A model generated the notes under the pieces. The model was not told the origin of the DNA. It ran no database searches and worked only from the letters and a program-made list of their open reading frames with translations. Of a stretch of DNA of 41,770 nt, positions 28,804 through 37,684 are shown piece after piece. The stretch is from Acidobacteriota bacterium (lineage in GTDB: Bacteria > Acidobacteriota > Thermoanaerobaculia > UBA5066 > Gp7-AA6). Location: the NCBI GenBank assembly GCA_040004075.1, contig JBDUBP010000275.1, positions 1 through 41,770 on the forward strand. The letters run 5' to 3'. The position numbers were made by a program, and so were the translations under genes. Numbering within the stretch: the stretch's first letter is position 1; the number at the start of each line of letters is the position of its first letter.

Positions 28804-30999
28804 TCAAGATCGGGGACGCGCGCCCCCGCGGACGACCCGGAGCGATTCGATCACTCCGGGCTGGTTGGCATTCATGGCGAGAGAACGCTCGAAGAGGCGA
28901 ACCGCTTCCTCGGTGTCTCCCAGGCACGTGTGAAAGAGGCCCAGGGCATTCAGAGTCTCTATGTCGCGCGTGGCGGGCGCAAACTGATTCAAGGCCTCGA
29001 GCGCGCCCTTGCAGTCGCGGGACTGGAACCGGGCCAGAGCCGCTTCCCGGGCGACCGGTTCGCTGGCAGGGAGCTGGCGCAGCGCCCTTTCCGCGACGGC
29101 GCGCGCTTCACGGGGCTTGCCGCGCCTCTCGTAATCCTGGATCCACTGGCGGACCGTGCCGGGGGGGTCCGCGTGCCCCGCCGCGAGCGAGCGGAAGAGC
29201 CACTCCTGCGCGTCGGAGTCTTTCCCCTCCGTGCGGTCGAGCACCGCCAGGTTGAACATCGGCGAATGATAGTCGGGACGAAGCTCGAGCGCCTTCCCGA
29301 ACGCGGCGCGCGCCGCCGGCAGGTCGCGCTCGGAGTCCCGTTCGTACAGCCCGAGGTTGTTCCAGGCGCCCTCGGTTCGCCCGGGCAGCGCCCCGCCCGG
29401 CGCCGCCAGCGGACGCGTCTCCGAACCGGACAGGTACCCGAGAGCGAGAAGTTTTTTCGCGTACTCGGACGCCTGAGCCGCCGACATTTCCTGAGCCTCG
29501 ACCCGCCGAACCGGGACGTTTCGCGTGGCTTCCCGGGGCAGGATTTTCAAATCCGAGAACGCCGCCGAGATCGCGCGCCCCGGCATCTGTCGGTCCGCCG
29601 CTACCCCGAGGAGCGCGAGAACCGTTGGAGCGGCGTCGAACATCGACGGCTTCAGGGCGGATTTCCCGGGTAAGACGCGCTCGCCCCAGGCCGCGAAAAC
29701 GCCGTCGAGCCGGTGCCAGAACGCCGCCGTGCTCCAGTTCAATGAGGAGCGCTCGCAGGGGCGGTCCGTTCCCCATTTGAACCCGTGGTCCGACTGCATC
29801 AGGAGGGTCCCGTGATCTTCCTTGGCGCGACGCATCCATTGGCCCAGCATCCGGTCGATCACCGCGTAGTACTCGTCGACGGCGCGCCCGTACCGCGCAA
29901 AATCCGCCTCGGGAGTGCAGGAAAGGCGCGGCGGCGCATCGGACCCGAAGACGTGGCCGATTTCGTCCGTCCCCTCGATGTACAGCATCATCAGGTCCGG
30001 CAGATTGCGGTCGTAGAGGTCGCGAGCCGCGCGATGGGAGACCCGCGTCGCTCCGAGAATTCGAGACAGCGCGACGATCGGGTTTTCCATGCCGGCCCCG
30101 CTCGCCAGCGCCTGCTCGATCTCGCCCTGGGGCACGTCCACGAAGCGCGCGAGGTCCGCCGCCGCGACCCGCCCGTCGCGCGCGATGACCTGCGCCACGC
30201 CGGCCTCGAGCGCCGCGGGATAGGCCACCCCGGAGAGCGGGAGCCTGTCGTAGAGGATCGGGCTCGCATGATCGGTCAGGAAAAATCCGTTCACCTGTTC
30301 CGCCGGATGCGTGGCCCACCAGCCGACGACCCCCACCTTCTTTCCCGCCTCCGACGCGATGTTCCAGACCGCCGGCACGCGGCGGGAGCGTCCCGAGATC
30401 GGAACCTTCTGCCCGGTCTTGGGGTCCACCTCTTGAAAATCCAGGACTCCGTGAACTTTGGGCGATACGCCCGTGGCAATCGTGGTCCAGACGATCGGGG
30501 AAAGAATCGGGATGAAGCTCGTGATGCGCGTGGAGTATCCGGTCCCGACCAGTCGCGTCCAATTGGGCATCTTTCCCTCGGATGAAAGCCGGTCGAGGAT
30601 CTCCCAATCGAGCCCGTCCAGGCCGAGCCAGATCACCGGATGCGAGGAGCCGTCGGGCCGCCGATTGCGTGTCGCGACGTCGGAGCTCTCGACCGCTGGC
30701 GACTCGGCGGCGCGCTCTGCGGGAGCCGCGACAGAGGCCGGTCGAAGCCCCGCCGACCTTTCACCGCGACCGCACGAGAGAAGCACTCCGAACGCCGCGG
30801 CTAGCCCGACGATCGCCGCCGCGCGCCCGCGAGGGTTGCTCGACCGTTGTCTGGCGCGAGTCACGGAGGGCGGCCGCCTCTCTTGAGCAGTTTTCGCTCG
30901 CCGGAGATCAGGTCCGGAGCGCGAAAGAGGGGCATCCACCCTGGCGGAGGAGGCCGCGGAGACGCCAGAGAAGAGCGCCAGCGCGAGCAACCTTCGCAC
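28804..30999 (-). CDS. Alkaline phosphatase-superfamily (NPP/phosphodiesterase-like) lipoprotein with C-terminal TPRs
   Basis: LGLDGLD, SPIVWTTIATG, TDEIGH, SDHGF, LLALGYL linker, TPRs, lipobox LLSC. Start is either GTG 30999 or GTG 30864. Confidence 0.88.
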   Translation of the reverse strand: MRRLLALALFSGVSAASSARVDAPLSRSGPDLRRAKTAQERRPPSVTRARQRSSNPRGRAAAIVGLAAAFGVLLSCGRGERSAGLRPASVAAPAERAAESPAVESSDVATRNRRPDGSSHPVIWLGLDGLDWEILDRLSSEGKMPNWTRLVGTGYSTRITSFIPILSPIVWTTIATGVSPKVHGVLDFQEVDPKTGQKVPISGRSRRVPAVWNIASEAGKKVGVVGWWATHPAEQVNGFFLTDHASPILYDRLPLSGVAYPAALEAGVAQVIARDGRVAAADLARFVDVPQGEIEQALASGAGMENPIVALSRILGATRVSHRAARDLYDRNLPDLMMLYIEGTDEIGHVFGSDAPPRLSCTPEADFARYGRAVDEYYAVIDRMLGQWMRRAKEDHGTLLMQSDHGFKWGTDRPCERSSLNWSTAAFWHRLDGVFAAWGERVLPGKSALKPSMFDAAPTVLALLGVAADRQMPGRAISAAFSDLKILPREATRNVPVRRVEAQEMSAAQASEYAKKLLALGYLSGSETRPLAAPGGALPGRTEGAWNNLGLYERDSERDLPAARAAFGKALELRPDYHSPMFNLAVLDRTEGKDSDAQEWLFRSLAAGHADPPGTVRQWIQDYERRGKPREARAVAERALRQLPASEPVAREAALARFQSRDCKGALEALNQFAPATRDIETLNALGLFHTCLGDTEEAVRLFERSLAMNANQPGVIESLRVVRGGARPRS

Positions 31000-31005
31000 G
31001 ATGAA

Positions 31006-31014
31006 ACCTTAACA
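31006..31014 (-). promoter_or_regulatory. Putative extended -10 (TGtTAAGGT)
   Basis: 6 nt before GTG 30999, downstream of the receptor terminator. Confidence 0.5.
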
Positions 31015-31149
31015 TGTGGACCCGCGCCCGGATTCCGCGGCGTATGCGGCCGCGCAAAGCGTTCGCTCGCTCGGTGCCCGAGGCTCATCTTTGCGGGCGA
31101 GACTCGGAGACGAAGCGGGAAGATCCGCAATGGATGGGAGAAGTAGCGC

Positions 31150-31176
31150 AAAAACGGCCCCGCTTGCGCGGGGCCC
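31150..31176 (-). terminator. Rho-independent terminator after TonB-dependent receptor 1
   Basis: Minus strand GGCCCCGC-GCAA-GCGGGGCC-GTTTTT. Confidence 0.85.
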
Positions 31177-31201
31177 GGAAAAAGCCGAAATCGCGACCGG
31201 T

Positions 31202-34117
31202 CTAGAAGTGGACGCGCAGGCCCAGTTGCGCTAAGCGCTGCTCACCTTGAAGCGGATCACCCGCGAAGAAGGAGGGCTTGCCAAACGCGGCGGAGCTCAT
31301 GTCGCCGACGTACCCGGCCGGGTTCGTGGAATTGAAGACATTGAAGGCTTCGGCGATCACCTCGACCCCGACATCCTTGGTGAAGAGGAAATCCTTGGAG
31401 AGGCGGATGTCAAATTGCGAGAAGTCGTGCCCGCGTCCAGAGTTGACATGGGTGACTCCGGGAGGCAAATCGATGACAAATCCGTCGTTATTGAGATCCG
31501 TCCCAGCATGGATGTTGTAGGGGGTCGCGGAGCGATAGCGGAAGAAGCCGGAAGCCGTGATTCCCAGCGGCGCCGAATAGACAACGCCGAGCGTGAAGCG
31601 ATGCCGCGCGTCGGTGTTCAGCGGACCGGAGCAGGCATTGCACAGCGGGTCGAGGGGGTTGACCGAGACGTCGCGTCCCCGGCGCAAGTCCGGCTGGTAG
31701 GTGGTGTTGGAGAGACGGAACTCGTCGGCGCCCGAGATCACGTTGCCATTCGTCCTCGACCACGTATAGAAGCCCTGCGCCACGAGCGTGTTGGAGATCC
31801 GCGCCCGCAGTGAAAAGTTGACGCCGTCGTAGTCCGCGAAACCGTTGCCGTACCAAATTCGAAAATTGCCGAAATCGGGAAAACGGCGAGGGTTGCTCTG
31901 CGGCGGAGGATTTCCGACGCGGGGATTCGCGCGGAAACGGAAGGGAAGATTCCGGTAACGGATGAGGACGCCATCGAGCGACGCCGCGAGCCAAGGCGTC
32001 ACTTCCGTGGAAACGCCGAGCGAGGCCTGTCGGGAGAAAGGGGTCTTCAACGTCGGCGACGCGACCTCGTTGGGGGGATTGGAAGCCAAGCCTGAGAGCT
32101 GGTTGGGAGGCAGTGGCTGCCCCGGCTGGAAGAAGCTGCCGTCCACGTTTCGAATGCCGCTGGAGTTGTTGTTGTTGTAGATGACGCCGTAGTTGGACTG
32201 CACGGCCGCCGAGGGGAAGAGGATCGTCGCGTTTGTGTACGGGAAGTCGTAGTAGATCCCCCAGCCGCCGCGCACGAACATCCTCCCGTTACCCGTTACG
32301 TCCCAGGCGAAGCCCAAGCGCGGTCCCCAGTTCTTCTTGTCGTTGGAGAGCACGCCGCCTTTCCCGCCCTGGAAGTCTCGAAGATAATTCTCGTTGTAGC
32401 TGGTTTGTGTCGAGAGCGTCTTCCAGATGGGATTCGATCGCTGGTCCAGGTCGAATCCGGTCCACAGGTCGTAGCGCAATCCCACACTGAGAGTGATGCG
32501 TGGGCCCGGCCGCCAGTCGTCCTGAATGTACACGCTGTACTGGTTTACAGGGGTCGAATCCGTGAAGAGGCCTCCGTTTCGCGTGATGTCGGTGACCGGC
32601 GAGCCGGCGCGATCCTCCTTGAGGGTGAACTGCGGCGCGTCCACGCCCGTCGAGAAGTCGCCGCCCAGCGTCGGCTCGTGGATGACATTGAAGCCCACCT
32701 TGAAGTCGTGCCGCTGTCCGGCGATGTCGCGGCCGAAGCTGACGTCGTCCTTGAACTGGTACTTGATCTGGTGCGTGGACTGCGGTGTGTTGATGTTTTG
32801 ACCGGAATGCACGCCCGAGGGATAGGCGATTGCGAGATTGGTCGAGTCCGACGAAATCGTGTTGTCGAACTTGCTGTACTGGATCACGAACTCGTTGACT
32901 GCGTTGGCGCCCAACTGCGCGGAATGCCCGCCCAGAATCGAGGAGTACTTATTGGCGACTGTGCCGAGGGAATCGGGCGTGGCCTTAGGGCTGGCGCCGT
33001 ACTTGTCGCTGTTCTTCTGGTACCCGAACCGGACCTGGAGGTACTGCGAGGCCGAGAGATTGACAGTCCCCTTGGCCGTGACGAGGTCGTCGGTGAAGGG
33101 AAGCTCGGCCGCTTGACCCTGTACCGCCGGGTAGAGGGGCTGGCTCGTCGCCGAAGGCCGCGTGTCGACCGTGTAGTTGGTCTTGCGGTCCGTGCGCTCG
33201 TAGGCGGCAAAGAAGTGAGCCTTGTCCTGAACGACCGGGCCGCCGAGCGACGCGCCGTACTGGTAGCGGCGGTAGGCCTGCTTGCCACGGCCTGAATTCT
33301 TTTCCGATTCCGTCTCGGAGTTCAGCCCCTTGTCGCGGAAGAAGCCGAAGCCGTTGCCGTGGAAATCGTTGGTTCCGGTCTTTGTGACGACCGTGAGCAC
33401 ACCCCCCGTCGAGCGCCCGTACTCCGCCTTGTACTGCTGCGTCTGGATGTTGAACTCCTGGACGCTGTCGAGCGAGAAGTTCTGCAGCGCCCCTCCGATG
33501 GTGTCGTCGGTATTGTCCCCGCCGTCCGAGACGTAGTTGACGTTGCGGCCGATCCCGCCGTTCAAGGCGACCGTGAGCTGGCCCGGCTTGGTCGGATCCG
33601 TGTTGTAGGCGAGCGACGTCCCGGGCGCGAGTACGGCAACGTTGGCAAACTGGCGTCCGTTCAGGGGAAGACTCTTGAGCTCCTTCTCGGAAACGACCGC
33701 GCCGATCGAGGCTTCGTTCCTCACGAGCGGCGTCTCGGCCGTGACGGTGACGGCGGCCGTTGCCGTCGCGAGCGACATGTTAAAGTTCAGACTGCGCGTC
33801 GTCGCGACGTTCAACTCCACGCCTGTCTGCTCGACTGTCTTGAAGCCCGTGAGCTGCGCGGTGACCATATAGGTGTCGGCGGGGATCGAGGCGAACCGGT
33901 AGGTCCCGTCTCCCACCGTCGTGACGGTGCGCGTGAAGCCCTTAGATGTCGATCTGGCGGTCAGGGCGACGCCCGGAAGCGCCCCTCCCTGCTCGTCGGC
34001 GACGCGTCCCGCGAGCGAAGCACCGGTCGCCTGCGCGGCGGCGGGTTGGGGGATGGAGAGCAGCGCCGCCAGTCCAACCGCGGCGGCGCCACCCAGGATT
34101 GCCGAAAGCTTTCTCAT
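31202..34117 (-). CDS. TonB-dependent receptor, Oar/carboxypeptidase-regulatory-like family
   Basis: GGAGG RBS; signal peptide; GRVADEQGGALPGV; LPLNGRQF; YKAEYGRSTGGV...TKTGTNDFHG; terminal Phe (LRVHF). Confidence 0.95.
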   Translation of the reverse strand: MRKLSAILGGAAAVGLAALLSIPQPAAAQATGASLAGRVADEQGGALPGVALTARSTSKGFTRTVTTVGDGTYRFASIPADTYMVTAQLTGFKTVEQTGVELNVATTRSLNFNMSLATATAAVTVTAETPLVRNEASIGAVVSEKELKSLPLNGRQFANVAVLAPGTSLAYNTDPTKPGQLTVALNGGIGRNVNYVSDGGDNTDDTIGGALQNFSLDSVQEFNIQTQQYKAEYGRSTGGVLTVVTKTGTNDFHGNGFGFFRDKGLNSETESEKNSGRGKQAYRRYQYGASLGGPVVQDKAHFFAAYERTDRKTNYTVDTRPSATSQPLYPAVQGQAAELPFTDDLVTAKGTVNLSASQYLQVRFGYQKNSDKYGASPKATPDSLGTVANKYSSILGGHSAQLGANAVNEFVIQYSKFDNTISSDSTNLAIAYPSGVHSGQNINTPQSTHQIKYQFKDDVSFGRDIAGQRHDFKVGFNVIHEPTLGGDFSTGVDAPQFTLKEDRAGSPVTDITRNGGLFTDSTPVNQYSVYIQDDWRPGPRITLSVGLRYDLWTGFDLDQRSNPIWKTLSTQTSYNENYLRDFQGGKGGVLSNDKKNWGPRLGFAWDVTGNGRMFVRGGWGIYYDFPYTNATILFPSAAVQSNYGVIYNNNNSSGIRNVDGSFFQPGQPLPPNQLSGLASNPPNEVASPTLKTPFSRQASLGVSTEVTPWLAASLDGVLIRYRNLPFRFRANPRVGNPPPQSNPRRFPDFGNFRIWYGNGFADYDGVNFSLRARISNTLVAQGFYTWSRTNGNVISGADEFRLSNTTYQPDLRRGRDVSVNPLDPLCNACSGPLNTDARHRFTLGVVYSAPLGITASGFFRYRSATPYNIHAGTDLNNDGFVIDLPPGVTHVNSGRGHDFSQFDIRLSKDFLFTKDVGVEVIAEAFNVFNSTNPAGYVGDMSSAAFGKPSFFAGDPLQGEQRLAQLGLRVHF

Positions 34118-34184
34118 GGAGTTTCCTCCTCCGTATCAGAATTGCCTGACTTGAATCAAAGAGCGGGGCTTGGGTCTTCCGGCC

Positions 34185-36392
34185 TCACCTCCTTTCAGGC
34201 TGCGAAAGACCGCTGGCGCCCGAGAGCCGGGCGATCAATTGGCGGGCGACGGCGCGCTGCTTCGCGAATCCGGGATCGCCGGCGGCGGCGCGCAGGAAAT
34301 CCCGGTACGCAGCGACGGCAGAGCGGGTCTGTCCCATCGTTTCGAAGGCGATGCCGCGGTTCAACCTCGCCTCGTGGTACTGCGGCGCGAGGACCAGCGC
34401 GCGCTCGAAGTCGGGGATTGCCGCTCCCGGGCGTCCGCACGCGACCTCGAGGGTGCCGAGGCCGTTCCACGCCTCCGCGTAGCGCGGCGCCAGCTCAGTT
34501 GCCCGCCGGTAGGCCCTCTCCGCCTCGTCGAGGCGGCCGAGCTGGCGCAGGACGTTGCCCCGGTTGTTCTGGGCTCGCGCATCTCGCGGATCGAGCTCTG
34601 CGGTGCGGTCGAACTGCGCGAGCGCCTGGAGCGGGTTCCCCTTCCCCGCGAGCGCGATGCCGAGCGCGTTGTGCGCCTCCGGCCGGGAGGAATCGCGCCG
34701 GATCGCCTCCTCAAGGGCCCCACGGGCCTCGTCTCCCTGCCCCGCCTCTTGCAACGTCACCGCGAGATTGTAGCGAGCATCGGGGTCGGTGGGCGCATCA
34801 GCGACGGCGCGGCGGTAAAGCGCGACCGCCCGCGGATAATCCTTTTGGCGCCGGTACGCCTCTGCGAGAAGGCCGCGGAAGACTGAGTTCTTCGGGTCGG
34901 CGGCGATGAGCGGCTCGAGCTTGCGCACGGCTTCTTTCAGGAGCCCGCTCTGAAGCGACCAGTTCGCCTCCTCGAACTTCCGGAAAAGCGGCGCCATCTC
35001 CTTCGGATCCTTCCGGGTGCCGCCGGCGGAAGAGGCCGAGCCGGCCGGGCCGCCGGAGATGTAACCGAGACTCGCAAGCTTCGCGGCGGTCTCGTCGCGG
35101 CCGTACGCCGCAGCGGCGGCGACGCTCCCTTCTTGGAACTTCGCGAGCCGTGTCTCCAGGTCCGCGCGCCGCGCCCCTTCGGCCAGCAGGTTCGAGGCCT
35201 CGCCGGGGTCGCGCGAGAGATCGTAGAGCTCCGCCCGCGGCGCCGCGATGTACTTCAACCTCCCGCGCCGCACTGCCGAGAGACCACTCCACCCGAAGGT
35301 CCGCGGGTACTCCGTCTCGGCGTAGAGCTCGGTCTCGACCGGCTCGCTTCCGTTCTTGATCGCAGAGGAGAGGTCCCGCCCGTCGAAGGGTCGGACACCC
35401 TTTCCACCGCTCGCCCCGGCCAGGGGCTTTCCGAGCATCCCCGCCAGCGTCGGCGCGAGATCGGCGAGGCCGACAGGTGCGCCGACTGCCTTTCCGGCCG
35501 GGAGCCCGGGGCCGCGCAAAATCAGAGGCACCCGCAGCGTCGGCTCGTAGAGGAGCAGACCGTGTGTGAGCTCGCCATGCTCGCCGAGCGCCTCGCCATG
35601 GTCGGCGGTGACGGCGACGACGGTCGAATCGGCGAGCCCGCTGCGATCCAGAAAGTCGAGCAACTTCGCAATTTGCGCATCGACGAACGCGATCTCACCG
35701 TCGTAGGGGACCGCCTTGTGCCGGCTCGCATAGGGCTCGGGAGGCGCGTAAGGCGCATGCGCGTCGTAGAAGTGCACCCAGGCGAAGAAAGGCCGTCCGC
35801 CGCTCCCCCCCTGGGTTTTCTCGAGCCAGGCGACCGCGCGGTCCGCGACCTGCGAAGCCGGGCGCTCCGCGTCGAGCGAGCCGGGTGCGTTCGGGTCCCG
35901 TTCGATCTCGTCGTCGTAGACGTCGAACCCACGCCCAAGGCCAAACCGATGGTCGAGCACGAAGGAGCCGACGAACGCGCCGGTCGAATAGCCCGCCGCG
36001 GACAGCAGCGTGGCGAGTGTCGGGCGGTCGTCCGGGAAGCAACCGGCGCCATTGTTGCGCAGCCCATGGTGCGGAGGCGTGAGGCCGGAGAGGATCGTCG
36101 CGTGCGAAGCGAGAGTCAGCGGAACCGCGGACTGCGCGTGGTCGAAGCGGATGCCCTCATGCGCAAGGCGGTCGAGCGCTGGCGTCTCGGCGGAGCGGTA
36201 GCCGTAGGCGCCCACGTGATCGGCGCGCACCGTGTCGATCGTGACAAGGAGGAGGCTGCGAGGGTGCGACCAGACGTTTTCGCGGGGGCCGCAGCTCCAC
36301 AGAGCGAGACCGACCGCTGCAACGACGAAGGCAGACACGATGCGTCCGGGCGACGAAACCGAGCCGCGTGCCCGTTCCATGGATCCCTGCAT
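34185..36392 (-). CDS. Sulfatase-like hydrolase/transferase lipoprotein with C-terminal TPRs
   Basis: Lipobox LWSC; TIDTVRADH, PLTLASHATILSG, YDAHAPY, ADHGE..GEHGE..HG, LASLGY, TPRs. Start ATG 36392 or 36380. Confidence 0.92.
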   Translation of the reverse strand: MQGSMERARGSVSSPGRIVSAFVVAAVGLALWSCGPRENVWSHPRSLLLVTIDTVRADHVGAYGYRSAETPALDRLAHEGIRFDHAQSAVPLTLASHATILSGLTPPHHGLRNNGAGCFPDDRPTLATLLSAAGYSTGAFVGSFVLDHRFGLGRGFDVYDDEIERDPNAPGSLDAERPASQVADRAVAWLEKTQGGSGGRPFFAWVHFYDAHAPYAPPEPYASRHKAVPYDGEIAFVDAQIAKLLDFLDRSGLADSTVVAVTADHGEALGEHGELTHGLLLYEPTLRVPLILRGPGLPAGKAVGAPVGLADLAPTLAGMLGKPLAGASGGKGVRPFDGRDLSSAIKNGSEPVETELYAETEYPRTFGWSGLSAVRRGRLKYIAAPRAELYDLSRDPGEASNLLAEGARRADLETRLAKFQEGSVAAAAAYGRDETAAKLASLGYISGGPAGSASSAGGTRKDPKEMAPLFRKFEEANWSLQSGLLKEAVRKLEPLIAADPKNSVFRGLLAEAYRRQKDYPRAVALYRRAVADAPTDPDARYNLAVTLQEAGQGDEARGALEEAIRRDSSRPEAHNALGIALAGKGNPLQALAQFDRTAELDPRDARAQNNRGNVLRQLGRLDEAERAYRRATELAPRYAEAWNGLGTLEVACGRPGAAIPDFERALVLAPQYHEARLNRGIAFETMGQTRSAVAAYRDFLRAAAGDPGFAKQRAVARQLIARLSGASGLSQPERR

Positions 36393-36401
36393 TACGCGGG
36401 A

Positions 36402-36407
36402 AGTTTA
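36402..36407 (-). promoter_or_regulatory. Putative -10 box (TAAACT), near-leaderless
   Basis: TAAACT 9 nt before ATG 36392. Confidence 0.5.
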
Positions 36408-36504
36408 CTCAAAAGAATCGGCGGGCGCCGCGGGGCCGGCTGGGAGGCGACGCGACGAAGGCGATGCTGTTCGCATCGGGGAGGAGCGTCAACGATACGG
36501 CCGG

Positions 36505-37587
36505 TCAGCCCTGCTTCTTGAGAAGCGCTTTTGCCCTCTCCAGAGTATCCAGGGCCTGCGTGTCACGCTGCAGGACATTCTCGCCGTAACCACGCTTGGT
36601 GACGAATTCGAAGTCCACCTGGAGGTAGGGGATCCCCCTGGGGAGAAGCTCGCGGCGGTAGTGCCAGACCTCGCGCCAGTTGGATGCGGCGTCGTTGGCT
36701 TTCGTTCCCGGCCCCGTGACCCGGTCGATTCGCGCGGCGCGCTGCGACGTTGTGCCTCCGGATGCCGACGCCGCCCTGACGTCCGAGGGGCGATACTGAA
36801 AGAGCGCCGAAGAATCCGTGGCGTCCTCCCCGGAGGTGAGAGGCTTTCGGCCGACATAGGTCGGCGGCCCGAGCAGGACGAACACCATCCCCCGGTCGGT
36901 CAAACTCCCCCGGATCTCCCCCTGAGTGAAGTGCGCGTCCGCGAAGGCCACCCGCTTCTCGAGCTCCTCGCGAAACTCGTTCTCGGGCGTTTCCGGCTTG
37001 GGGTCTCGCGACTTCCAGAAGCTCGTGATGAATTCGGAGCGAGAGACAGGATCCGGCAGGCGGGTGAAATCCCGCCGTTCGTCAGGAGTCATGAGAAACC
37101 GGGCTGGCCCTTCGACCCAGTTTTCTCCGAGCGAACCTTCGGTGGCGTGATCCGGTGTGGGAAACGCGGCGTAGGCGAGAGCGAGCGAGCCCTTCTCCTC
37201 CAGCCGGCCTTCAACGTGCCCCAGGCTCTTTCGCGCTTCTTCGAAGACGGCAATGACCTTCTTCGGGTAGATCGCGGGATCGAGAGCCGCGGTCGGATGG
37301 GAAGCGAGATACGTTTCGAAACGCGAACGCGCCTCTGCGCCCTTCCCCAGGGCGGCATAACACGCCCCCTCGTAGAAAGCGACGGCTGCTTCCAGAGTGG
37401 GGCGAAGCTGCTTCGAACCGGGCTCCAGGCTTTCGGCCTCCAGCCGAGAAAGGGTCTGCAAAGCCTTATCGTAAGACCCGAGTCGAAACTCCTCCTTCGC
37501 CCGCGAAAAAAGCCGGTTCAGAGACGGCTCGTCGGCGGCCAGGGCGAGGAAAATCGCGAGAACGGGGAAAAAGGGAAGTAATGGCAT
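36505..37587 (-). CDS. GWxTD domain-containing exported protein with N-terminal TPR-like helices
   Basis: Start ATG 37587 gives a signal peptide. FLMTPDER, FITSFWKSRDP.PETPENEFREE..KRVAFAD..F, GSLTDRGMVFVLLGPP, EVWHY. Confidence 0.9.
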   Translation of the reverse strand: MPLLPFFPVLAIFLALAADEPSLNRLFSRAKEEFRLGSYDKALQTLSRLEAESLEPGSKQLRPTLEAAVAFYEGACYAALGKGAEARSRFETYLASHPTAALDPAIYPKKVIAVFEEARKSLGHVEGRLEEKGSLALAYAAFPTPDHATEGSLGENWVEGPARFLMTPDERRDFTRLPDPVSRSEFITSFWKSRDPKPETPENEFREELEKRVAFADAHFTQGEIRGSLTDRGMVFVLLGPPTYVGRKPLTSGEDATDSSALFQYRPSDVRAASASGGTTSQRAARIDRVTGPGTKANDAASNWREVWHYRRELLPRGIPYLQVDFEFVTKRGYGENVLQRDTQALDTLERAKALLKKQG

Positions 37588-37642
37588 GCCCGGTATCCTG
37601 GACTCTGTCTCCCGCAATTCTATCGAAGAGAACACCCCCGGG

Positions 37643-37675
37643 AAAAGAAGGGGGGGCTGGACGCCCCCCCTCTTC
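37643..37675 (-). terminator. Rho-independent terminator after TonB-dependent receptor 2
   Basis: Minus strand GGGGGGGC-GTCCA-GCCCCCCC-TTCTTTT. Confidence 0.85.
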
Positions 37676-37684
37676 GAAGAGATA

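Noticed and set aside
31015-31149. Possible ncRNA or small ORFs between receptor 1 and the phosphodiesterase-like gene
   Set aside because: No recognisable riboswitch or RNA family motif; the small ORFs lack coding features.
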